A model generated the notes under the pieces. The model saw only the letters and a program-made list of their open reading frames with translations, did not search any database and had not been told where the DNA came from. 64,000 bases of DNA from Octopus vulgaris (Eukaryota), in NCBI GenBank assembly GCA_951406725.2, contig OX597830.1:28768001-28832000 (forward strand). The letters are read 5' to 3'. A program made the position numbers and the translations under genes. Each line of letters opens with the position of its first letter. The first letter of the stretch is position 1. Positions 16,342 through 31,389 of this stretch are shown here, in pieces.

Positions 16342-17109
16342 CGTAAATATAAATATAAAAGTTATATTTGTTTTTACTTAAAAGAATGAATATATGTATA
16401 TATATGTGTGTGTGTGTGTGTGTGTATGTGTGTGTCTAAATATATATATATATGTATATATTTACATTCCTTTTATGTTTATACGTATATAAATATATTT
16501 ATAAGCACAATGGTATACATATATTAATATTCATATTGTATATATTCATGAAAATATATACATACCTAGATGTATGTATATATTTATATATATATATGTG
16601 TGTGTGTTTGTATGTATATAATAGAGACGTTCATATGTCCATCTCTATGTCTACATATATATGTATGTATGCATGTATGTATATTTATATATATATATGT
16701 ATATTTATATATATGTGTGTGTGTATATATTTATGTATATATATATATATGCGTATATATGTGCATATATGTAAACACATGCAGCTAGTCGTATATATGT
16801 CAAAGTTTGTTCATTATTTTAATATGTAATATGAAGAAACTAGCATTACAGAAGTACACTCATCAGTTTACCAACACGATGACAGGTGACTGTGACATCG
16901 AAGTTTGCTACTCCCGTCGTAATACTCACATACATACACGCACACACACACACACCAACACACACATATCTATATAATCATGTGCGCGCGCGAGTTTGCC
17001 AATGGGTGTGTAATACATATAACAATCACACACGAAGATTCGAACATGCACAAACGTGTATCTATTAATTGTTTGCATCTATCTATCTACCTATATATGT
17101 GCATATATA

Positions 17110-17177
<68 letters not shown>

Positions 17178-17232
17178 TATATGTAACAAATATACAACCT
17201 CTAATTATACAAATATACAACCTCAATCATAC

Positions 17233-17264
<32 letters not shown>

Positions 17265-17265
17265 G

Positions 17266-17305
<40 letters not shown>

Positions 17306-17641
17306 TAGATAAAAAGTAGATAGATAGATAGATAGATATATATGTAGATAAATAATGGAAAATGCACTCACAGACGCAAACTCATATAGATTTATTTATG
17401 TGCCTAACAGTACAACCATATATAAACCATCCGGGAGTATATATGAGAAGATACATATAATGCAGATAAATGTGAGCGTGTATATATATATATATGCATG
17501 TATGTATATATGCATGTATGTATAAATATATGTATATATATATATATATGCATATATATATATAAATATATATATATATACATATATATATATGCATGTA
17601 TGTATATATATAAATATATATATGCATGTATGTGTATATAC

Positions 17642-17698
<57 letters not shown>

Positions 17699-18523
17699 CA
17701 TACTTATAAATATAAATATATATTAACGCTCACACACGTACACATATACGAATAGACGTAGAGAGAAATTGCGGGATAGATTGATAAATAGGTAGAGAGA
17801 TAGAGAAGTAGATGTGATGGATAGATATATACCTACGTTACTGTAAATGTACCTACTTTTCGCTCTATCTCTCTATTCATCTACCTGTCGACCAATCTGT
17901 TACTCTCTCCATCTATCTTTCGTTCCCTCTCTCTTTCTCTCTCTCTCTGTATGATAATTTCGAAGTGTGCCTGTTTGTGTGTATAAACTCCAATGTTATC
18001 GGTACTCTAGTGCATACACATATCGTAAAAAAAAAACAGAGTGTAGATTGTAAAAAAAGTAACAGGAATTGTGAGTGAGGAAGACAGCGAGAGACAGAAA
18101 GAAAAAGGTGAACGAGAAAAGGGAGATGGCAATAGAATGCAAGAAAAATTGTGAGGGAGAAAAAGAAATTGGAAAGTTAGAGAAGAGCGTGACTATTGAC
18201 TGTAGGGCATATATCTATACACGCCTATTACATAAAGGGTCGCACTATTGAAACATGGTCTCTCTTGATGCATTAGTCGCTTTTAGGATTGTAATTCGTA
18301 TATGTTTTACTATATACAGACACACAAACTTATATATAAATAGGTGTGTGTGTGTGTGTGTGTGTGTGTATGTATGATTTATTTGTGTGTGTATGTATAC
18401 ATTCACGTGAAGTCTTCTGTATGTTGATATTTATATACACAAATGCATAATCTCGCTGTGACATATATATTCACAGAAACACATATTTTCTTTCATATAT
18501 ATATATATATATGTGTGTGTATA

Positions 18524-18584
<61 letters not shown>

Positions 18585-18595
18585 ATATATATGTG

Positions 18596-18629
<34 letters not shown>

Positions 18630-18787
18630 CAGATAGATAGGTAGATATATACATACATATGTATACATATATACATATGTATGTATGTGTGTATGTGTGT
18701 ATATATATATATATGTTTATATATATTTATGTTTTTATATATGTGTATATATGTATAATTAATATATATACATATCTATACATACTT

Positions 18788-18821
<34 letters not shown>

Positions 18822-18916
18822 TCACGTACGTGCATGTACATGTACGTGTTTGTGTCCTCTTAACTATATAGAAACAATTGTGTTTCTGTATAGATATAGG
18901 CTTATGCCTATATTTA

Positions 18917-18986
<70 letters not shown>

Positions 18987-19466
18987 TTCATGCTGATATC
19001 ACCCACAGCTATGTTGATGAACTACGTCGTTTGTGATTGGATTTTATTTGGCATTCATTTTGTGGCCCTTTCTCTAGAACTCTGGAGAGTTAGTGAGTCG
19101 GATAGAGCAGCTCTTTCTTTTTCCTGCCGTTATGCAGATTTGTGTTATGACTCCGGTAAAAAAAAAATTCTCCAAATATTCTTGAAAACATCTATATCTA
19201 CTTTTCTCAGAACTCTGGGATTTTACGGTAGAGTGCGGAATACTGTGTGACCTTGAAATCAGAATGATAACAATGCATGATTCTTATTCTTGATGCAGCT
19301 TTGAGATCTTTGGTATCTTGCAGTGGCGTCCATTTCACGCGTTTTTATAGCTTGAAATTCCAAAGTTGCGTGCGAGACCATACAATATCACCTATATATA
19401 TATATATATAACTGCAAATTCTCGCGTCTTCTTTCTCGTGGACGTAGAGCTTTGGTCCTTTATACT

Positions 19467-19817
19467 GAAAGGTTCTCAACCATTTTTTCCTTTTATCTAT
19501 GGGCCCCTTTGATTAATATCATATTCCGGTGGATCACCATAGCCATTCGATATTTACAAAGTTGTTTTTTAAAAACTTCTTCCAACATTATTATTATTAT
19601 GTTTCTCACACATTATCTTACGTAGATTGAACTCCGTAAAATGTTAGAGAAAGAAACCTTGCTGTTTCTGGCAATACATACCAATACATACATCTCAAGC
19701 GAAAATTTTTCAGGGTCCCTTACAAAATTACTCTGGTTCCCGAATTCACTATTTTCTTGCGTGGATCGTCCCCACCAAAAAATCAGCCTTATATGGACAC
19801 TCAGTTAAGAACCACTG
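19467..19817. mobile_element. Non-autonomous hAT-type (Charlie-like TIR) DNA transposon
   Basis: Ends GGTTCTCAACC and GTTAAGAACCACTG resemble CAGTGGTTCTCAAC TIRs; the body is similar to the reverse complement of 47901-48164. Confidence 0.65.
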
Positions 19818-20149
19818 TTTCAACGTTTCCGACTCGCCCATCTGTTGCACCGATTCACTATTCTTTAAGTAGTGACATCTGATTGCCCCGAGTCCGTCGT
19901 TTGTTTGACACTTTTCGGCGACCACATTTGGGAGGACTAATCTAGGCGACTTCCTATAGGAAGAGCAAAGGATAGTTTTTAAATGCTCTAATTGATCTCA
20001 GAATCTAATCGTATCTATATATATTTCGGAGGTTATTTTTCCTTTAGAGAGCGCCATCTTTGTCTGTTGTGGTTTATATACACATAGACGGTGTTGTGTG
20101 TTTGCACATATACTTACACGCATGCATATATACCAAAACACATATAGAA

Positions 20150-22160
<2,011 letters not shown>

Positions 22161-22889
22161 TATAGACGCAACTGCACACTATCGAGCGACAACACATACT
22201 GAATGATTTACACAACACTCACAATAAGAAGCCACAACCAAGTGCATAGAGATGCACGTACACACACACACACACATTCATAGAGAGAGTAAGAGAGAGA
22301 GAGAGACAGAGAGACAGAGAGACATACCTACTCAGAAACGCGCACACACTCACAGACACATACCTACGCCCATCTCTACAACCACACTTATATCTGTCTG
22401 TCTGCTCGATTCTGTATCGCTCTATCTACATACACAAGTAGGCATATATATATATATATATATTTGTATATATATATACATATGCAGTCTTTTATGTCTA
22501 CCTCTGTCATACATATTCTTTATTCATTCCTCTATCTATTCCTCTCCCTGCTTCTATGTTTCTCTGTCTCTCATCTCGTACCCCCACATCCCCTCTGTCA
22601 CTTTCTTTCACTTTTTATCTGCCCTCTCTCCCACACTCTCCTACTCTCTCTCTCTCTCTCCCTCCTTCCCTCTTAGTCCGTCTCTCTCTCTCTCTCTCTC
22701 TCCCTCCTACCCATTCTTCCAGCAATTGTCTTCCCTTTACTGTTTTTATGGTCTTCTACTCGCTCGGCAAGCTTCTATCGATTTGACAACACCGTCTATG
22801 TGGTATATAAACCACAACGAACAAAGATGGCGCGCGCGCTAAAGGAAAAATAACCTCCGAAATATGAGAGGCGGAGACGAGCGGATAGA

Positions 22890-25800
22890 TGGGTGGGTGG
22901 ATGGTGGAGTAAAAAAGGAAAGGGTGGGTTAATGGTATTGGAGGGTGGTTTGAAGATGATGGTTGAGGTTGCGAGTGGGTTGGATGGGTTGCATGGGTTG
23001 GAAGGGAAGGAGGTGGGGGTGTTTTTGCAGTGGGTGTGAAGGAAGGGCGGCTGCGTAAATCTGATATTGCTTGTAGTTGTAATGGTGGTGGTGGTGGTGG
23101 TGGTGACGGTGCAGCTAGTCGTTGTTATTGTTGTTGTTGCATTCATGACAGTGGTGGTGGTGGTGATGGTGGTGATGGTGGTGGTGGTAGTGATGTTTGC
23201 ATTTAACGCATTGGTGATGGTAGCGGTGGTGATGGTGGTGTTTTGAAGATGGTTATAATGATAGTAATAGTGGTTATAGTTGTGGTGGTGGTGGTTGTAG
23301 TGGTGGTGACGGTGATTTTATTTAATGCAGTGGAGGTGGTGGCGGCCGCGGAGGAGATGGTGGGGTCGAAGATGTGTGGTAATGGTAATAGTCGTTTCAG
23401 TGGTGCTGTGGGTGACGGCGACGGCTTTGTTGCTGTTGTTGTTGTTGTTGTTGCTGTTGGTAGTTGTTGTTGTGGTGACGGTGTCGGCGGTGGTGGCGGC
23501 GGTGTGTTAGCGCTGGTATTTATTGGCAACGGTGGTGGTGGTCGTGGTTTATAGTGGCACTGGTCATGGCAACGTCGTAGGTGCAGGTCGTGGTGGTGGT
23601 GGTGGTGGTAGTTATATGCAGTGGTGGTGATGGTGGTGGTAATTGTGATAGTGGTGGTGGTGGTGGTGGTGGTCGTAGTAATATTTGTTGCTGGTGGTGG
23701 TAATAATCCTTATGGTGGTGGAGGCGGTGGCGAAGTTGTGTGACATGGAGGAGGGGGTGAATGCACTGCATCTACTACTGCTGCTGCTGCTGCTGCTGGA
23801 TATGGTGTATAGGTATTAGAGCGGTGTGTGGTGTGTGTATATGTGTGTGTGGACGTAAGTATATATATATATATATATATGTGCGTGTGTGTGTGTGTGT
23901 GTGTGTAAATTGGAGGAGTCTTGGCAGTAGTGTTGTGAGGTAGTTTGCGACTCGGCTGTGGTGGAGGTGTAAGGTTGTGACGATGGCGGTAGCTGATGGT
24001 GGTGCTGGTGGTGGTGGTGGTGGTTGCGGTGGAAACGGGTGGCGCTGAAGGTGAACATGAAGGAAAACACCGATGGTGACGACGACGACGACGACGATGC
24101 TGTGGACGGCGATGGTGGTGATGGCAGTGGTGCTGCTGCTCAAGGTGGTGGTGGTGTTGGTGGCCCTTGTGGTAGTGGTGGTGGTGTTGGTGTTGGTAGT
24201 GATAGTGCTCGTGGTGATTATAATGGTGTGGTGGTTGCGATGCTGCTGTGATGAAGATGATAGTGGTGATGGGGATGACGGTGGTGGTGGTGGTGGTTGT
24301 GGTTATGGTGAAAGTGGTTGTGTTGGAGCTGGTTAGAAGAATGGTTTTGGTGGTGTTGTTGTTTGTGTTGGTGTTGGTGTTGGTGAGGTTGATGGTAAGG
24401 CTGTCTCGCAATGCTCTGTGTTGTGAGGTTATCGCTGTCAGTGATGGCGGTGTTGTGATGGTTTTCCTAGCTTGTGTAATGGAAGTAGAGGCGGCAGTGG
24501 TTGTAGTTGCAGTAGTTGCGGTTGTAGTAGTTGTAGTGGTTGCAGTGATGGTGGTTTGGCGGTAAAGTTCGATGGCAGTAAGTAATGACAATGACTTTGT
24601 CGTTCTTAAGAGAGAAGGCGGGGACGGCATCGGAACGGATTGCGATTATTACGGTTGTGGTGGTGGCGGCGACGGTTGAGGACGTGGTGGTGTTGGTAGT
24701 GGCGGTGGTTGTGTTGGTGATGGTGACGGTTGTGGTTATGGAGGTGGTGGTGGCGGTTGAGGTTATGGAGGTGGTGGTGGCGGTTGAGGTTATGGAGGTG
24801 GTGTTGTGGTGTTGGCGGTTGTGGTTATGGAGGTGGAGGAAATGGTAGTGGCGGTGATTGTAGTGGTGGTGGTGGTGGTGGTGGTGGTGGTGGTGGTGGT
24901 GGTGGTGATGGTGATGGTAGTGGCGATGATTGCGGTGGTGGTGGTGGCGGTTGAGGTTATGGAGGTTGTGGTGATGGTAGTGGTGGCGATTGCGGTGGAG
25001 GTGGTGGCGGTTGAGGTTATGGAAGTGGTGGTGTGGTGGTGGTGGTGATTGTGGTGGTGGCGGTTGAGGATATGGAGGTGGTGGTGATCATGGCGGCGGC
25101 GTTAGTTGTGGTGGTGGCTTGTGGTTGCGGTGGAGGTGGTGGATGCTGTATCTGTGACGGCGGTGGTGGTGGGGGCAGTGGCGCTGACGGCAGCGGCAGC
25201 GGTGTTCTTGGTGATGGTGACGGCGGGGTCGGAGTTGGAGTCTGTCGTTCGCACTTATGTTGTTGCCGTTGTTGTTGGTCGGTGACGGTGGTGGTGCTGT
25301 AGGTAGTAATTCTGTTGCAGTTAGTTCTTACGCTTATTGCTAGAGGGCGTTGGTGTTGGCCGCTGTATTGGCATTTCTGTCGGAGTTCTTGATGTTGATG
25401 ACGATGATGATGATGATTGTCGGTTGTGATGTTGGTGACGGTAGTGGGGAGGGAAGTCTTAGAACAGTAAGAGGAGTAGGAGGAGGAAGGGAATTTGGTG
25501 GTGCGATGGCGGTGGTAATGATAGTGGTGGTGGTGGGAAGTGAGGATTTTGTTATTAGTGGTGGTGGTGGTGGTGGTGGTGGCAGTGGTTGTTGTAGTGG
25601 TGATGATGATGGTGGCGGCAGTGGTTGTGATGGCGGTGGTGGTGGTGATCATGATGGTGGTGGTGATGATGACGGTGGTGGTGGTGGTTGTGATGGCGGT
25701 GGTGGTGGTAGTGGTGGGTAGAGACTGTTTTGTTATTAGTGGTGGTGGTGGTGGTGGTGGTGGTGGTGGTTATGATGAAGGTTGCAGAATGAGAGTGGTA

Positions 25801-28667
25801 GGTTCGGGTGGTGGCGTTGTTGTCACTGGTGATGGAGATGGTGGTAACGTGTGGTGGCTGAGGCGGTAGTGGAAGTAGTGATGGTGTTAGGTGATGATGT
25901 TGATGGTAGTGGAGGTGGCATTGAGGGTTGTGGTGGCGAAAGTATATGTCAGTCGTTGTGAATCCGGTATAGGAGATTGTAGTGGTGGTATTGTTTGACG
26001 GTGCTGGCTGTTGTTGCGGTTATAGCAGTGATGTATTGGGCGTAGTGATAGTAGTGGTGATGGTGGTCGTGATAATGGTGATGGAGGTATTGGAGGTGGT
26101 GTTGGGTCTTGATGGTTCTGGCAGTTGTGATGGTTGTTGTATCTGTGGTAGTTTTATGGTGCTTGTTATTGTAATGGTAGTGGTTGTGTTTGTGATGTTG
26201 GTGGTGATGTAGTGGTCACGGTTGTTCTTGTGGTAATGGCCGTGGGTATGGTGGTTTCGGAGTTTCTGGTGGTGGTGGTGATTGTGGTGGTGAAAATGGT
26301 GGTGTGCTGGTGGTGGTGGTGGTTGTGGTGGTGGTGGTGGTGGTGGTTGCGGGTGTGGTGATTGTGGTGGTGGTGGTGGTGGTGGTTGTGATGGTGGAGA
26401 TAGTGGTGATGGTTGTGGAGGTGGTGCTGGTGGTGTGGGTTGGTGGTGGTTGTGTGGTGGTGAAAATGGTGGTGTGCTGGTGGTGGTGGTGGTGGTGGTG
26501 GTGGTGGTGGTTGCGGGTGTGGTGATGGTGGTGGTGGTGGTGGTGGTGGTTGTGATGGTGGTTTTGATGGTGGAGATAGTGGTGATGGTTGTGGCGGTGG
26601 TGCTGGTGGTGCTGGTGGTTGTGGTTGTAGTGGTGGTTGTGGTGGTGGTGCTGGTGGTGGTGATAGCTGTAGGAGTCGTGATGACAGTAGTTATATTGGT
26701 GGAGGTGGTGGAGATGTTGGTGCTGGTGGTGTTGGTGGTTGTGGTGGTAGTTGTGATGTTGGTAGTAGCTGTGGGGGCTACTATCACCACAACCTCCATA
26801 ACCACAGCTGCCAACACCACCACACTACCTCCATAACCTCAACCGCCACCACCACCACCGCAATCATCGCCACTACCATCACCATCACCACAACCTCCAT
26901 AACCTTAATCGCCACCACCACCACCACCACCACCACCACCACCACCACTACAATCACCGCCACTACCATTTCCTCCACCTCCATAACCACAACCGCCAAC
27001 ACCACAACACCACCTCCATAGTGATGGTGGTGGTGGCGGAGACGCTGTGGTGATTACGGTGGAGATACTGTTAATTGAACAGATAGATATATATATATGT
27101 TTATGGCGGTGGTGGTGTCGATGCACCATGGTGGTGCACATGGCGGTGTTGGTTGTGACGCCCGAGTTGGCGATGTTGCTAAAAGTGTGGTGCGGCGGCG
27201 GGTGACGGTGGTTTTTAGTTGTGAGGTACTTTTGATGTTGCTGTTCCTGTTATTGTTGTTTGGTATTGATTATGATAATAGTGGTGGTTTGTGGTGGTTG
27301 TGGTGGTGGTGGTGGTGGAGCTACCGATGTAGGTGCTGCAAATATTGACGACCTTGTTGTTGCTGGTGTTGTTGTTGTTGTTGGAGATGGTGATGGTTGG
27401 TGGTAGTGGTAGTGTTGGTAGTGATGGGGTGTTTGTGGGGAATGCGTTGACGCTTTCCTATTGTAATGAAAGTGAAGCTGGGTGTGTTGGCGGTGGTATG
27501 ATGGTGGTGGTGGTGGTGGTCGTCGTCGTCGTGGCGGTGGTGATAGTGGCGATGGTGGTGATGGTGGCATAAAAAGAAAGAGGTGGTGATGTGGTGGTAT
27601 GTCGGCTATTGTTGTCATTTTGTTTAGCCCCAAGTCGGTCCTGTTAGAGTAGGACGATTATCAAAGGCAACCTAGATGTGACCACCCTACCTTTTTCCTA
27701 GGTTCAACAAAGAATTCGGAGCCCTCTTTTTTTTAGGCATTGTTGGTGGCAGCAATGGTGGTGGTGGTGGGGGGGGAGGATACGTAACTTTGAGGTTATT
27801 TGGCTGCTATATCTAGCAAAATGAGCAGACTTTTATTAGTAGTTGTGGCTCCGGTGGTGGGAATGCAATATTATCGTTGACCGGCGTTGTTGTTGTTGCT
27901 GATGCTGCTCTTGTGGTGGTGGTGACGTGGTGCTGGTGGTGGTGAAACCGGTTCGGCAATTATTTGAAGTGATTCGATGAGAACGGTGGTGGTGGGTGAT
28001 GGTAGTAGTGGGGGTGATGGTGGTTGTGGTGGTGGTGGTGCTGAGGATGACGTTGGTGGTGGTAGTGGTGGAGGTGACAGTAGTAGATATAGTCGTAGGG
28101 GGGGATAGGTAAGTAGGAGGGCTGTGCCGACGGTGGTAGAATTTATGGTGTCGGTGGTGGTGGTGGTGGTGGTGGTGGTGGTGGCGGTCTTTGAGACTGA
28201 TATCTTCCTGACGTGGAATTGGTTGTGCGTAGGGGCAAAGTTGTCGATATTTACCGACGATGTTGTTGCTGCTGCTATTGTTGTTGTTGTTGTTGTTATT
28301 GGTGGTGGTGGTGGTGGCGATTGTAGAGACTGTGGTGGTGGTAGGTGTGGTGGATGTGGTGGGGTAAGAATTATTACTCCAGCATTGCTCATAGAGGATG
28401 ATGCAGTATGATGGATGGTGAGGCATTATGAGATTGTCTTGGTGATGGCGGCGGTGGTGGTGGTGGTGGTGGTGGTGGCGGCGGCGGTGGTGGTGGTGGC
28501 ACTGGCGTTGGCGTTGGTGTTGGTGACATGTCACCGTTGCCAATATCTTGTCATGGTGTCGGGGGTTCGTGTCGCGGGCGTCTTTGATGTTGTTCAATTG
28601 GTGGTGGCGTTGGCGGGTTGTGTAAGAGAAGCGATAACGCTGATGTTGTTGTTATTGTTGTTATTAA

Positions 28668-28716
<49 letters not shown>

Positions 28717-29450
28717 TTGTTTTTGTTGCTTTTTATAGAAGTGTTGTTGTTGTTGTTGTCATTATTGGTGTTGGTGACAGTGATGGTTGTGGTGTAGTGA
28801 GTAATGGTGTAGAAGATGGCGTGTACGTTAGCGTTGGAGGCGGCGGTGTTACTTTTGATGGCGGCCCGTTGTTGTTCTGGCAGTGAGCTCTAAGTCTACC
28901 CTGATCGCGCAGACTTATGATCACAGGTTTTTCCTTCCGTGACCATCCTAGCTTTTTATTCTTCTCGTGTTCAAGCAATTCCAGAGATTATTCGAATTGG
29001 TCTTTATTTGAATCTTCGTGTGTGATCTAAATGTGTCATAGCTGATATAATACTAGCAGGTGCAACAACCACGTGGAGTCGACTTAGCGGTTTGCTGTGA
29101 TGGTGGGAGGTGAAACAAGACGGTAGTAGCGATGCCAGCGGACGAGGTGGTTGTGGTAGTGGTTGTAGTTGTTGGGATGTTACAGATGTGATTATGATGG
29201 TGGTAGTTGCTATGGTGGTGGTGGTGGTGGTGGCCTGTGGTAACTGTGGTGGAGTTAATGGTCGTGGTGGGTGATGGTAGCGATTATGGTGGCCGTATTT
29301 GTGGTGATTGTAGCTATGGTCATTGTGGTGGTTGTGGTGGTAGCAGTTATGGTGGTGTGGATGGAGGTGGTCGTGATAATGTTTGCAGTGGTATTAACCC
29401 TGGTGGCGCTGCAGTGCTGCTGTAGTGGTTTTTACTATTGTTGGTGACGG
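22890..29450. repeat. ~6.5-kb degenerate (GGT/GAT/GTT)n trinucleotide domain, G-rich on + strand
   Basis: Direct reading; gives poly-V/G/W and poly-T/P/H ORFs; contains internal direct and inverted duplications. Confidence 0.95.
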
Positions 29451-29470
29451 TACAATATTTAGTCGACCAA

Positions 29471-30092
29471 CGGCGGCGAGCTGGCAGAATCGTTAGCACG
29501 CCGGGTGAAATGCTTAGCGGTATTTCATCTGCCGTTACGTTCTGAGTTCAAATTTCGCCGAGGTCGGCTTTGCCTTTCATCCTTTCGGGGTCGATAAATT
29601 AAGTACCAGTTATGCACTGGGTTCGATGTAATCGACTTAATCCATTTGTCTGTCCTTGTTTGTCCCCTCTGTGTTTAGCCCCTTGTGGGTAGTAAAGAAA
29701 TAGGTATTTCGTCTGCCGTTACGTTCTGAGTTCAAATTCCGTCGAGGTCGACTTTGCTTTTCATCCTTTCGGGGTCAATAAATTAAGTACCAGTTACGCA
29801 CTGGGGTCGATGTAATTGACTTAATTCCTTTGTCTGTCCTTGTATGTCCCCTCTATTTTTAGCCCATTGTGGGCAATAAAGAAATAAGAAACGTTAATAC
29901 ACCGGGCAAAATGCTTATCAGTATTTCGTCTGTGTTTACGTTCTGAGTTCAAACTTCGCCGAGTTCGACTTTGCATTTCATCCTTTCGGGGTCAATAAAT
30001 TAAGTACCAGTTGCGTACTGTGGTCGATCTAATCAACTGCCCATTCCCCACAACAAAGAAAATTTCGGGCCATGTGCTTAGAGTAGAAAAGG
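29471..30092 (+). mobile_element. Family B SINE trimer inserted as one unit
   Basis: A-box-like TGGCAGAATCG, B-box-like GAGTTCAAATT; three tandem units carrying TTTCATCCTTTCGGGGTC(G/A)ATAAATTAAGTACCAG; 16-bp TSD ATATTTAGTCG(A/T)CCAA at 29455-29470 and 30093-30108. Confidence 0.93.
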
Positions 30093-30509
30093 ATATTTAG
30101 TCGTCCAATTTACAATGATAGTGTTAGCGTATTAGGGATGGCTATGATGTTTCTTTTTTTTGGGGGGGGGGTCGGTGAGAGTGCTGTTCATGGCCGTGGT
30201 ATGGGTAACATGTAACAGGAAATGCAATGGAGGTTTCTGTCAGTATAATATTTATGATGCTGGTATAATTGTTGCCGACACAAATGCAGTTGTAAAAATA
30301 TTGCTGATGGTGGCATCCCTGGTGGTGGTAGTAATATTCATGAAAGAGGTGATAGTGCTACTGGTAATAATAGTGTTGGTGGTAGTGGTAATGGCTGTGG
30401 TGCTAGTAGTGGTGCGGTACTTAGAGGTGGCGGTTTTTGTTGGTGGACTTGGTGTTTGTGTTGTTTGTCTCGTGATGAAGGTGCGTGGCTTAGTTGTTAG
30501 GGTAGTCGC

Positions 30510-30697
30510 AACATCGCTTGACAACCGATGCATGTGTGTTTACGTCCCCGTAACCTTAGCGGTTTGGCAAAAGTGACCGATAGAATAAATACTAAGCTTA
30601 CAAAGAATTAGCCCTGGGGTCGATTTGCTCGATTTAGGGGGTGCTCCAGCATGGCCACAGTCAAATGACTGAAACAAGGAGACAAGTAAAAGGGTAT
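30510..30697 (+). mobile_element. Family A SINE 3' half
   Basis: ACATCGCTTGACAACCGATGC...GGTGCTCCAGCATGGCCACAGTCAAATGACTGAAACAAG. Confidence 0.9.
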
Positions 30698-30902
30698 AGA
30701 TATGCATACATTTACACACACACACACACACACATACACACACACAGATACTTACAGACATCTACGTGTTTGTGCGCGCGTGTACATGAGTATGTAATGT
30801 TTTCATTTATGTCACAGAGTGTTCAGGTGTCGTTGCACTTGTACTTCTTATCATTGTGTCTCTTCTTTCCATCGTATATTTCCCATTTTCCGTTTTTATT
30901 CC

Positions 30903-31140
30903 TGCAGCGTAGAAAGTGTTTATAAGCCATTAAAGAAACACACAAAAACCGTTAGATTCCCTTCAACACTTAAATTTAATTGGCCAAAATATTTTCGTCG
31001 CTTTGAAACCGCGACCTGTTCACTGGCAAAATTCCGGTTTTTGTGCGTTTCTTAAATGGCTTATAAACACCTTCCACGCTGCAATTGTTTTCGTTTCAGC
31101 ACATGATCTCAGATCAGGTCACTTGCTATGCAAGTACATC
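30903..31140. mobile_element. Penelope-like pseudo-LTR relic with inverted partial copy
   Basis: 49-bp inverted arms 30903-30951 and 31035-31083 (45/49 identical) flank a hammerhead motif; inverted partial pLTRs and hammerheads are established PLE hallmarks. Confidence 0.65.
30980..31030 (-). ncRNA. Minimal type I hammerhead ribozyme motif, G3:C8 variant
   Basis: Minus strand TTTGCCA-GTGAACA-G-GTCGC-GGTTTCAAA-GCGAC-GAAA-ATAT-TT-TGGCCAA: stem I 6/7 bp, stem II 5/5 bp, GAAA, palindromic short stem III, UUU triplet. Confidence 0.65.
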
Positions 31141-31389
31141 TCCATTTTTATTTCTATTTTTATTTATTTCTCTTATATCTTTCCATCAAGATGGAAGACT
31201 CGTTATAGTATCGAGAAGAAAAATACCTTGTGGTATTTCTTTGTTTTCAGGTTTCAAATCCCACCAAAATTGCCTGTCAATTTTACGGAATCGGTTCTAG
31301 TCAGGACTGGATTCGGTCGCAATGAGCAACAGCTCACACCTCAAAATTGCTGGCTTTGTTGCTAAAGCAGAAATGATTATTTCTTTTAT

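Noticed and set aside
23200-28740. Long poly-V/T/H/G ORFs (e.g. 23710-24630, 26020-26823) resembling mucins or Gly-rich proteins
   Set aside because: Degenerate trinucleotide DNA interrupted by TA/CA tracts; no unique domain, splice structure or preferred frame.
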